Origin: a virus
DNA: 64,000 bases
IMG/VR virus record: IMGVR_UViG_3300033047_000016
Reading direction: 5' to 3' (one strand)
Numbering within the stretch: the first letter of the stretch is position 1; each line of letters starts with the position of its first letter. The translations under genes and the position numbers were made by a program. The notes beneath the pieces were generated by a model. That model saw only the letters and a list, made by a program, of their open reading frames with translations. It did not search any database and was not told the origin of the DNA. Shown here one piece after another: positions 45,319 to 53,742 of this stretch.

Positions 45319-45589
45319 GGTGAAGCCCTTTCTATGTTGTGTAGGCGAGCAGTTTTACATGATGCCCAGCATAAGGTCAAAACAGAATTAACTGCCCTAA
45401 CTCCACCACCATGCCAAGTCTGGGGCATGGACCAAAGTTCCCGGTTACGCGTCCGGGGTGCATCTGACGTGTGCACCGCTCTGTTTATATCGCCGATCCG
45501 ATTTTTTAAATTACCCTCGAATTACAGGCTTACGGTCGGTTGTCAAGGGCGCTCCATTTAAAGTATGCGCCGCCGGTTCCGCAAAATAA

Positions 45590-45997
45590 GGTGAGGGATT
45601 CTGTTGCTAGGTTCCCTCGGACCCCCTCACTGATCGGCGTCTGCATTTAATCCTTACGGATTAAGCTGCGATTGCCATTCCAGTAGGTGCTGCATTTACA
45701 TTTGCTGCATTTACTTAAGTTCACAGTCCTAAGACTATTTGCCCAGATAACGTTTAGGCCAACCCGACACGCCGCTTTCCCTATTCCATCCTGTCGATCC
45801 TAGTTCGCCCCCATCAAAAGACCCTTTCGAGGCATCGCCAGAATACCCCGCATGGAGCACCTAACCTCTTCCCTCTCCGCGAGAAACGGATGTGAGCGTA
45901 ATGTCTCTCCCTCGTAAGGGCCTTATGGTGGAGGCGTCGGGTACTGCCCCCGAGTCCAGAAATGTCTTCACGATTGAAGATATACGTGTGTTTCGTA
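45590..45997 (-). ncRNA. ssrA: two-piece (circularly permuted) tmRNA
   Basis: Acceptor piece ends GACTCGGGGGCAGTACCCGACGCCTCCACCA at 45926. Intervening segment, then the coding piece starts GGGGGCGAACTAGGATCGAC at 45812 (G3-U70). Tag AANVNAAPTGMAIAA* at 45708-45661. Confidence 0.92.
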
Positions 45998-46003
45998 CGA
46001 ACC

Positions 46004-46032
46004 AATATAGAGTGATTCGTTTAGTATGTCAA
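46004..46032 (-). promoter_or_regulatory. sigma70 promoter of tmRNA
   Basis: TTGACA-17-TATATT with CGAATCA in the spacer. Confidence 0.8.
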
Positions 46033-46315
46033 CCTCTGAAAAGCCTCAAAGCTACTCCGTCCCTTCGTTCGTCGGGCTGTGCGCGAACCGGTTATGGTAT
46101 TCCGGTGGGAGGCAAACAATAAGCTTCGTACTCTTCAGAGGAAATGAGGTGTTCTTTCGACGCATCCCAAGACGACCGGATTTGCCAAATGGTTTCGTTT
46201 GATCCTTGCAGGGGCATTCTGTGGCACTTGGTCGCTTCTCATCCAATGTACGCCTGCTTCATTTATTCCCGTGGCTAACTAATCTCCACGACTACGGTTC
46301 CCATCCTCATCGACA

Positions 46316-46960
46316 CTACGCGGCAGACCGCTGTGGAAACGTCCACATACGGATACTGCAAACTTCATCGGCATCGCGGCGCTTTATGCGGCGCATCGTC
46401 AATGCCATTTCCCGGTGACCTACGGCAGCTTCCAGAGCATCCTCTGCTTCAGGGATCGTATCCCATCCACCGCAGAAATAGCTCTCGGAGTGAAGGCCGT
46501 TGTTGGTTACCAGAAGTTCATGTCCTGCGAGCATTACATGATACACACGGTGCGCTTCGCCAGCGTATCGTGCAACCATGAACTCACCGTACACAGAGTC
46601 CGCTAGGAACTTGGCCGCAGCCAATCCGCGCGTTCCATCCAGAAGAGTAACAGCAATGCCGTGGTTCTTGGTGACCAGAACAGGCTGACCCCAACTCGGA
46701 TGGTGAATACCATACATGGCATCGTTTTCGACGCTGGAACCTATCCACAAAACTTTAGTGTTGAAGCCTGACACAGTCATAAGCTCGTCGCCAATTTCAA
46801 TGTCTTCTACTGCGACCGTGCCGCCGTTAGGCGTTGACAGTCGGGTGCCTTCGGCAAAACAAGTTACTTCAGCATCATCGTGCCCGAAGCCGTTACCGTT
46901 GCCGTGTGACGTGTGGCCTACGCCGTTTCCATTATCGTGTCCATTACCAGACATGTGCAT
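46316..46960 (-). CDS. Hint-domain protein (alphaproteobacterial Hedgehog/intein-like type)
   Basis: TCFAEGTRL.TP.G..AVEDIEIGD..VLWIG..VTKNH..YHVML..H.LL..NG..SES. Confidence 0.85.
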   Translation of the reverse strand: MHMSGNGHDNGNGVGHTSHGNGNGFGHDDAEVTCFAEGTRLSTPNGGTVAVEDIEIGDELMTVSGFNTKVLWIGSSVENDAMYGIHHPSWGQPVLVTKNHGIAVTLLDGTRGLAAAKFLADSVYGEFMVARYAGEAHRVYHVMLAGHELLVTNNGLHSESYFCGGWDTIPEAEDALEAAVGHREMALTMRRIKRRDADEVCSIRMWTFPQRSAA

Positions 46961-47023
46961 TCCTCCAATCAGTTTCGATTGGGAGATACATAAGCATCCA
47001 GTTCAACGATGTCAAGAAATATT

Positions 47024-47176
47024 TGGTCCGGTGGCCGGAATCTAACCGATGAACCCTACTGGCGTGCACGCTTTTCAGGAACACTGCGCCAACCTGCCCG
47101 CTCGTTATACCACGGAAAATGTGCACTTCCGCTTCTGAGAGGAATTTCAGGTGCTCTAACACTGAGCTACACCGGC
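47024..47176 (-). ncRNA. tRNA-like RNA with ~80-nt insertion in the anticodon arm
   Basis: GCCGGTG-TA-GCTC..GAGC D arm, T-like arm, CACCGG-ACCA end; 153 nt. Confidence 0.7.
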
Positions 47177-47190
47177 ATAATGAGACTATT

Positions 47191-47266
47191 TGGTAGCGGG
47201 AGGTGGATTTGCACCACCGACCTTCGCCTTATGAGGACGACGAGATAGCTACTTCTCCACCCCGCA
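47191..47266 (-). tRNA. initiator-like tRNA-Met(CAT)
   Basis: 1-72 mismatch, GCGGGG acceptor, CT-CAT-AA loop. Confidence 0.85.
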
Positions 47267-47464
47267 ACAAAATAGTCTAAATAGACACCCAGCATCAATA
47301 CTGGCGTATTAATAAATATCCAGCCCCTCCACTCCGCAGAGCCATCACGCTGATATCATCCTCCCGACTTGAACCGGGCTTACCGACCCACGTGCCGTAG
47401 CGCCATGGGTGTGGTGTATTTGGGAACATAAGCTATATGGCCTGCCCTGTCAAGGGCGGTCGGT

Positions 47465-48336
47465 CTATTTAGTAGCCTGAGAATACAGCGTACAGTGAGA
47501 ACCTTCTGGACCGTACCAAACCCGTTTCACAGGGCATGTTAATCCTTCTTCCACATGCGTGCCGAAGCTACACACGTAGTCCTCAATGGTGCGATTTATA
47601 AAGGTCTCGCGTTTGACCTGTCACCATGTGCTACTCGTCTGTTGATCCTCCGCCTGCCTTCCGACAGTTATTCACCGCTAAGCGCTTACGTTTTCTCTTC
47701 AAACAAACATCGTCGCCTTGCGAGCTATGATGCACCGTGTTCCAAAAGGCACGGTATTAACCACCTTTCACACATGACCGAACTAGTCTTTTGCTTTTAT
47801 ATGACGTGAAGGATTTGAACCCTCTCCGACAGCGTTGAAAGCTGTTGCTCTACCAATGAGCTAACGAAGTTAACCCCAAAGATGTGCTAGTCCGATTGCT
47901 CCGAAGGTTTTTGACCCTAAGAATACAACACACCTCATGTCTTTCGGCTTGCGACCTAATTAACGGCTCTTCAGGTCTCCGGGGATTATCTCCCCTTATT
48001 CCCTTGAACTGCATGCTGCCCTCTGCCGCGAAGCATCGAACTAGTCATGCCACCTATTGATCATCATCGCTCGTCCGGCTGGCATGTCATGAGCGCAGTC
48101 GCCAAACTGCTTCTATCCACCCTTTTGGGGCTTCAATTATCCTTTCGGACACATGACCCAGACTTACCGACTATCGCCACTCTGGTAAGTGACGCACAAC
48201 GCTACGGATATTCCCGGCGTCGTCGATCTAGGCTTGCATAAATGGACTGTTTCCAGCGGATACTTGGGAAGCACCCTTTGGGCCTGTTGCCAGACTTACC
48301 CTTGAAGACCTCATGCGGCCTTATTCCCGAAGGAAC
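47465..48336 (-). ncRNA. probable GOLLD RNA (~870 nt)
   Basis: ORF-free, has its own promoter, lies in a tRNA island. Segments resemble remembered GOLLD motifs (GTGTTGTATTC..CAAAA..GAGCAA..GCACATC; GCAAAAGAC..CGGT..GTGAAAGGTG.TTAATACC; 3' CTGTATTCTCAG). Contains an embedded tRNA-like domain. Not verified by covariance search. Confidence 0.72.
47801..47870 (-). other. tRNA-like domain (TCA anticodon) embedded in the large ncRNA
   Basis: GCTC-ATTGGTA-GAGC, ACAGC-TTTCAAC-GCTGT, GAGGG-TTCAAAT-CCTTC; broken acceptor, no CCA. Confidence 0.75.
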
Positions 48337-48342
48337 TCCTGT

Positions 48343-48371
48343 GTTCTACATCAACTGGAAAACCTTGTCAA
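48343..48371 (-). promoter_or_regulatory. sigma70 promoter of the large ncRNA
   Basis: TTGACA-17-TAGAAC. Confidence 0.7.
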
Positions 48372-48398
48372 CAGTTAATTGCAGAAAATTCAAACTTT

Positions 48399-48923
48399 TT
48401 AATTTCGCATAAATTGGCTCGTGCCACCTTTCATCTTCAGGTAGATGGAGTTGAGCCATCTTTCCTGCTTCTCGCTTATCGTTGACCCCCTAACTTCGGC
48501 TCGGTTAGCCATATCGTGAATGAACGCCGCCTCGTTGGTTTTCAAACTATTTGATTTTGCGTTACATTGGAACGCTTGGCTACGCCAACCGGGGATTGTT
48601 CCACCGGAATGATATCCGTCTGGGTTGGCTGCAAAAGGGTCAACGTTCGGTTGCCCAGACAGGCCAGAGGGTTGCACGGACCTTACGTCCCGGTACACGA
48701 TCTTCTCTTTGACAATAATTCGATCACGATACACGATCTTTTCGCGATACTCGATACGAGTTGCTCCGCCTTGCATCTTGGCCAAGTCATGGAAGTCGAA
48801 ATTCTGTGCCACCAACAACCTCTGTATGCCTCGTGCTGCGGCTACCACCTCACCATCTTTGTCAGATGCTAGGAGAGGAATGAGCTTTTGCAGCTTAGTG
48901 TGACTTTTACTTGTCAGGTTCAT
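48399..48923 (-). CDS. hypothetical protein
   Basis: LIPLLASDKDGEVVAAARGI...SEKQERWL; SD and own promoter. Confidence 0.7.
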   Translation of the reverse strand: MNLTSKSHTKLQKLIPLLASDKDGEVVAAARGIQRLLVAQNFDFHDLAKMQGGATRIEYREKIVYRDRIIVKEKIVYRDVRSVQPSGLSGQPNVDPFAANPDGYHSGGTIPGWRSQAFQCNAKSNSLKTNEAAFIHDMANRAEVRGSTISEKQERWLNSIYLKMKGGTSQFMRN

Positions 48924-49420
48924 ATTGCTCTCCTTGTTGGTGTGTGAGAGTTATATAGAGGCGCGTTAGCGCCAAGTCAAGTGTAAATTGTCGGAGCATC
49001 GTATACGACACTAGAATGAGTGGAGCAGTTTAACCGTACTCAGGGTATTCATCACCGCACGTGGTAAGTTACGCCGAGGCGCAGAAAGGAACTGTGGGCT
49101 GAACTGCGGGACTTTACTACCACCAAATCCCGCTAGGTGGAACTCGATTAATAGGAAGGGTCTGGCCCAGATCGTCCTGTGGAGGGTCGTGGTTCTTTGG
49201 GTATGTATCTCACGGTACTCTCCTTTTTGCCTTGAATTGGTTGCAGCGCCGCACTTATGTGTATTCCAAAACCGGTGGGGATCAGCCCTCGGCTGTGGCA
49301 CATAGCCCGCGTTTTACCTGACGAATGTTACCATGGATTAGTCAGGACGCTGCGATTTGCCTTGAAGGAATTCGATGGTGTGTCTCACCTAAGCAAGTCC
49401 ACACCACCAAAACCCAATGG

Positions 49421-49873
49421 TTAGAAACTGTAGCCGACACGAATACTGAACAGATCAGTCGAAACGAAGTCAACGCGCGTATATTTCGCACCGATGAATA
49501 CACCGTTGTCGAACTGATAGTCAGCACCGATAGACCCGGTCACCCCATCATCGAAGTTTGTGTCGCCGTAGCCAACGGCGGCATATGCCAGAACATCGCC
49601 GAAGTCGTATCCGACACTGATGTCGATATAGCTCAGCCCATCGTCGTTGATGTCGGACACACCAACTTCCACGCCACTTACGACGTTTCCATAGTCTTGA
49701 CGATAACCAATAAACAGTCCGCCAGTGGTGTCGTTGAACGTGTCGGCATCAACGTTGTTTGCTGAAGCTCCGACGTAAAGGCCCGTCCAATCTGTGGTGT
49801 CGGCTGTTGCCAGTGCAGGCATTGCCATGAGTGCTACAGCGGCTGCTGCGATCAGTAGAGTTGCTTTTTTCAT
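49421..49873 (-). CDS. outer-membrane beta-barrel protein (Omp25/RopB-like)
   Basis: Signal peptide, DWTGLYVG, alternating strands, C-terminal VGYSF. Confidence 0.85.
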   Translation of the reverse strand: MKKATLLIAAAAVALMAMPALATADTTDWTGLYVGASANNVDADTFNDTTGGLFIGYRQDYGNVVSGVEVGVSDINDDGLSYIDISVGYDFGDVLAYAAVGYGDTNFDDGVTGSIGADYQFDNGVFIGAKYTRVDFVSTDLFSIRVGYSF

Positions 49874-49944
49874 TGTTTGGTCTCCTATTTGTTTCATGTG
49901 TGTTGGTGTTTAAACCAACAACAATATCATGTCAATAGGAAATT

Positions 49945-50020
49945 TGGTCAGGGTAACTGGATTCGAACCAGCGCCGCTCCCTTCCGAGGGGAGTACTCTA
50001 CCAGACTAAGCCATACCCTG
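49945..50020 (-). tRNA. tRNA-Pro(CGG)
   Basis: CT-CGG-AA loop, CCA. Confidence 0.92.
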
Positions 50021-50024
50021 CTTA

Positions 50025-50366
50025 TTAACTCTTTGAGCCTTCGGGTTCAGTTGCTACTTCATTTTCGAATGGGCCAAAACCTAACGTGTTTCCAGTGTCT
50101 CCTATGCACACCAGTCCATCGTTTCTAATGAACACATATGTGTAGCTCCCAGAGATTGGGTTTACCCAGAATTCAAATCCCATGATTCCATTGTTCTTGT
50201 ATTTCAAACTGACGCCGGACATGAGTTGGCGCTCGTTGTGTGGTTCACCGGATAACTCCGCCACCATAGCGTCACGATTGGGCCAACACCCATTTGGTAT
50301 TGCTTGTGCGTTAGCTGATACAGCGGTGGCTCCGGCGATTATTATTGCAAGAATTAGGTTCTTCAT
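50025..50366 (-). CDS. secreted hypothetical protein
   Basis: Signal peptide; two Cys. Confidence 0.7.
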   Translation of the reverse strand: MKNLILAIIIAGATAVSANAQAIPNGCWPNRDAMVAELSGEPHNERQLMSGVSLKYKNNGIMGFEFWVNPISGSYTYVFIRNDGLVCIGDTGNTLGFGPFENEVATEPEGSKS

Positions 50367-50727
50367 GGTTCACTCCTTTCACTAAGATAGGATCAGTGTA
50401 GCACGATCTTCCGATCCTGTAAAATTGTGCGGCTTATGTGTGGGTCACTGCGCTCATAACTACTACAACAGCGGGTATCGAAATCCGCGCCTCCGGGCTA
50501 AAATGCAAATGCTGGTCCCAGCGATCTTCCACTAATCCATGTTGTAGTGCTTCCGTCCAATGTAGTCCAGAGCATACTCATCTGCCTTATCTCTTCTGTT
50601 CACCAACACCGCCTGTCAGGCGTTTCACCTGCTCAACGGTTTTTAAGCTTTTGCATTGTTACGTTGTTGATTTCTCTGAAGCCTTATCTCAGGTTTTCTG
50701 CCCCTTTTCCAAAGGACTTCCACGGTC

Positions 50728-51075
50728 TTAACCGGAGACAATGATCGTGTATCCCCTTATCGTATGTATTCCTAACGTAACCGGCTTGTTCCAGCCTGCA
50801 CGTTTCGCCTCTTTCATGGAGGCGAAGAAGTCTAAATCACACATGACCGCCGCCATTGAGTTTCTTTCGGCGTAGTCGTGAATGTTTACGCGTTTGGGCC
50901 ACGGTACCGGTCGAAATGGCATTATATCGAACGCTGGCCACCAACGATTTTGAATTCCAAATACCCCAGACCAAAAGCCGTCTTCGTCTTTCTTTGTTAA
51001 GCCTAATTCGTGGACGTAAATGTTATTTTGATGAACATCTACCGGTCTGTTTTTCTTATCCAGATAAATCCTCAT
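50728..51075 (-). CDS. hypothetical protein
   Basis: TAAGGAG SD; FFASMKEAKRAGW motif. Confidence 0.65.
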   Translation of the reverse strand: MRIYLDKKNRPVDVHQNNIYVHELGLTKKDEDGFWSGVFGIQNRWWPAFDIMPFRPVPWPKRVNIHDYAERNSMAAVMCDLDFFASMKEAKRAGWNKPVTLGIHTIRGYTIIVSG

Positions 51076-51306
51076 GGTTACTCCTTATTAATTGGCTCTC
51101 GTGGCAGGATTAAACATACACTAAGAAAGGTTTCGAACCCTCTCGTTTCTTTGTCTCCACAAACTGAAATCACAAACCAAGCCGACAGCGCTGTCCGCAC
51201 CGGATTCGTTTAAACGTTTGCTTCACCTGCGTCTTGCGGTAGACAACCGCCTGTCCTGATCGGACGACACGAAACTCGGAGCAATCCTCTGGATCACTCA
51301 TAAACT

Positions 51307-51381
51307 TGGAGACGCGAGGGGGAATCGAACCCACCTTAACTGATTTTGCAGACCAGCGCCTATCCATTCGGCATCCGCGTC
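51307..51381 (-). tRNA. tRNA-Cys(GCA)
   Basis: CT-GCA-AA loop, U73, CCA. Confidence 0.9.
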
Positions 51382-52255
51382 GTTGTGGTGCCTGCACCAC
51401 ATTAGTTTGTTAGGTAGGCTGTTTACTCTGAAACGCCCAGAAAGTCACGCACATTGGGTCCACTATCACTTGGCATACTTGCGGCTAGTTACTCTCCGAC
51501 TTGATCTAGTAACTCATACTTGCTGACGACGACCAACATGATCGCGGTATGGCGTTCGAGTTATATAGCGATAAGAAGGGTGAAGCACTGCGGCGTCGAG
51601 CCTCAGAGGATGGGGTAGGTACGTTCCCCGCTGTTCTGTTACACACATAGTACGACACCCTATCACTGCTCCCCGGAGTCGAACCGGGGCACCATTTAGC
51701 CTCACGTTTTGCAAACGCTACGCAACAGTTGGGTTTTCTGTCTGGCCTGACTTCGACCCGGTTGGCCAACCTTAAGGTGTCGAACAATGTGTGTTTGAGG
51801 TGCTGGTTAGACTTGATTATTGGGGTCCCCAACCCAACCACATATCCCCGTGGCAGGCGGGTGCGTTGTTAACGGTGCCAACCCATTTCCGCTGCATTAC
51901 ATAGACACCATCCAACCACGGTCGATGTCGGTATATGCAGATGGCGCGGTGTGAGACACGCGCCAATTCTATTTCGTGTGGTCAATTAACGAGGACCATC
52001 TGTCTCGTGCCTTGATTATTGGACCAATACTTTCGTATCAGACATGTTCGGGACTTATTCGTTAAGGCGTATACGCCGTATTGTGTTAGGCCATGCCGCG
52101 CGACGGCTGTTTAACCCTGCCGGTCGCTCGCAGGGTACCACTATTATTTCACAGGCGGGCCTTCGTTCACGAAGCAGTGATCCCTCTATGGGGCTGAGCA
52201 CATCTACCGACGCACACCCGATCCTATTTTGGTGCAACGAAGTCACACAATTTAT

Positions 52256-52377
52256 TGGTGTCTCGGCGGGGAATCGAACCTCCGCAGCACGGGTAATTAC
52301 TTCCCGCTCATGCTCCCGTCCACTTCACTCTGCCTGTCAGCGACCGGTCGCTTCGGGCTTTGTTGCAGGGCTAGACA
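52256..52377 (-). ncRNA. CCA-ended tRNA-like RNA (~120 nt)
   Basis: GGTTCGATTCC T-arm and ACCA end, but no normal D or anticodon arm. Confidence 0.55.
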
Positions 52378-52382
52378 AACTT

Positions 52383-52459
52383 TGGTGGTACCAGTTGGGA
52401 TCGAACCAACCTACTCTCGGATATGAGCCAAGCGCTTGAACCAACTCAGCTATGGTACC
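52383..52459 (-). tRNA. tRNA-Met(CAT), elongator-like
   Basis: CT-CAT-AT loop, CCA. Confidence 0.9.
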
Positions 52460-52493
52460 ATTATTCTACTATTCAGTACCGGAGGACTGAATA

Positions 52494-52568
52494 TGGTAGG
52501 GAGGGCAGGATATGAGCCTGCACACACTGGGTATGACCCCAGCCGCTATTCTTTTTGCGTACCTCCCC
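52494..52568 (-). tRNA. aberrant CAT tRNA-like gene
   Basis: Acceptor and T stems intact, CCA; 6-nt loop GTCATA; no GG or TTC. Confidence 0.6.
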
Positions 52569-52793
52569 GTGAAACACCTTTAGAGCATGCCGTGACGATC
52601 CATCGACGTGCACCCAAAACACGACTGGTTCATCTTCATAACTTTGACGTCATTCTAACCGGCGCGCGGAGGAACTGACAAACCGCTACCGAATCACGAC
52701 ACACACTAAAAATGTTTCATAATGAGTTATAGGGAATTTTCCTATACCTCACTATACTTTGCTATACTCCAGCCGCAGGCGGCTAGAGGTTCA

Positions 52794-52869
52794 TGGTGAA
52801 ACGGGAAGGAATTGAACCTTCGTCTTCGGTTTTTCAAACCGATGTGAGCACCAGCCTCACCACCGTTTC
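52794..52869 (-). tRNA. tRNA-Phe(GAA)
   Basis: TT-GAA-AA loop, CCA. Confidence 0.9.
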
Positions 52870-53125
52870 ATTAACAACATGATTATCGAGCTTTCGCTCT
52901 ACAAATTGACGTATTCCCATAAGATTGGTTAAAGTACACCGCTCGAATACGTTCAGAACCCATTGGTTGTCAGTCAGGCAACCGGAATAAAATAACGTGG
53001 TGCGCTGGCCTTTCAGCCTTGCCATCCTACGGTCTGGGTAACTGTTTCCCTTTCCGTATCTCTAACCTAGTGACTGTCGTTTAGATCGTCAAGAGGTATT
53101 TTCGAATTCTTGTAGAAAGTTTTTC

Positions 53126-53201
53126 TGGTGCACTCGGCAGGACTTGCACCTGCACCCCCCACCTCAAACGGCAGGTATACTTGTAGTTATACGACGAGTA
53201 C
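53126..53201 (-). tRNA. aberrant tRNA-like gene (TTG?)
   Basis: GTACTCG/CGAGTGC acceptor, CCA; 6-nt loop GTTTGA. Confidence 0.6.
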
Positions 53202-53202
53202 T

Positions 53203-53276
53203 TGGTGTCACCGATCAGATTCGATACTGATGTTTCTCACACTAAAGGCGAGTGTCCTGTCTTAGACGAAAGCGAC
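53203..53276 (-). tRNA. ochre suppressor-like tRNA (TTA)
   Basis: CTCGC-CTTTAGT-GTGAG anticodon arm, Glu/Gln-like D arm, 8-nt T-loop, CCA. Confidence 0.68.
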
Positions 53277-53361
53277 ATGATTGTTCTTTTTGGTGTGAAG
53301 CCCCGTACCACTGACGTGGTCAGTACCGGAGGGCTTTGCGTACGTCACTGTGTGACTTAAC

Positions 53362-53438
53362 TGGTAGGGCATACGGGATTTGAACCCGTGTCCTCCGCAT
53401 TGAAAGTGCAGCGTCCTAGACCGCTAGACCAATGCCCC
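53362..53438 (-). tRNA. tRNA-Glu(TTC)
   Basis: CT-TTC-AA loop, CCA. Confidence 0.92.
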
Positions 53439-53470
53439 GAAATGTTCGTGATTCGGAGCCTCAGTGTTCC

Positions 53471-53638
53471 TTAATGGACGAGTTGTTTCTTTGTAGAAAC
53501 TGGACCATCATTAGAACATTGAAGTTCCGAGGTGGTCTCTCGTTCATCGGCATCATCCGCAAACGGATACGGCAGATAAGGTCGCGCTGGCATTCCACCC
53601 ATGGGGGAATTAAACATAATGGTTTTAGTAGTCGTCAT
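53471..53638 (-). CDS. 55-aa hypothetical protein
   Basis: AGGAGGT SD after a TTGACA-17-TATACA promoter; manual translation. Confidence 0.5.
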   Translation of the reverse strand: MTTTKTIMFNSPMGGMPARPYLPYPFADDADERETTSELQCSNDGPVSTKKQLVH

Positions 53639-53742
53639 ATCATTCACCTCCTATGGTGGTTGGTTTGTAGGTTCTGTATACGCAGGTGATTCTGGTATGT
53701 CAAGAACTTTCTCGTGGTAAGGGTCAGAAACATTATCAAACA

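Noticed and set aside
45352-45380. ATG-TAA start-stop leader before the nucleotidyltransferase
   Set aside because: It coincides with the -10 of a TTGACC-17-TAAAAC promoter, so it is not transcribed.
47024-47176. Group I intron in a tRNA
   Set aside because: The ~80-nt insert is too short and shows no recognisable group I core.
47801-47870. tRNA-Sec
   Set aside because: It has a UCA anticodon but no long variable arm, no extended acceptor and no CCA.
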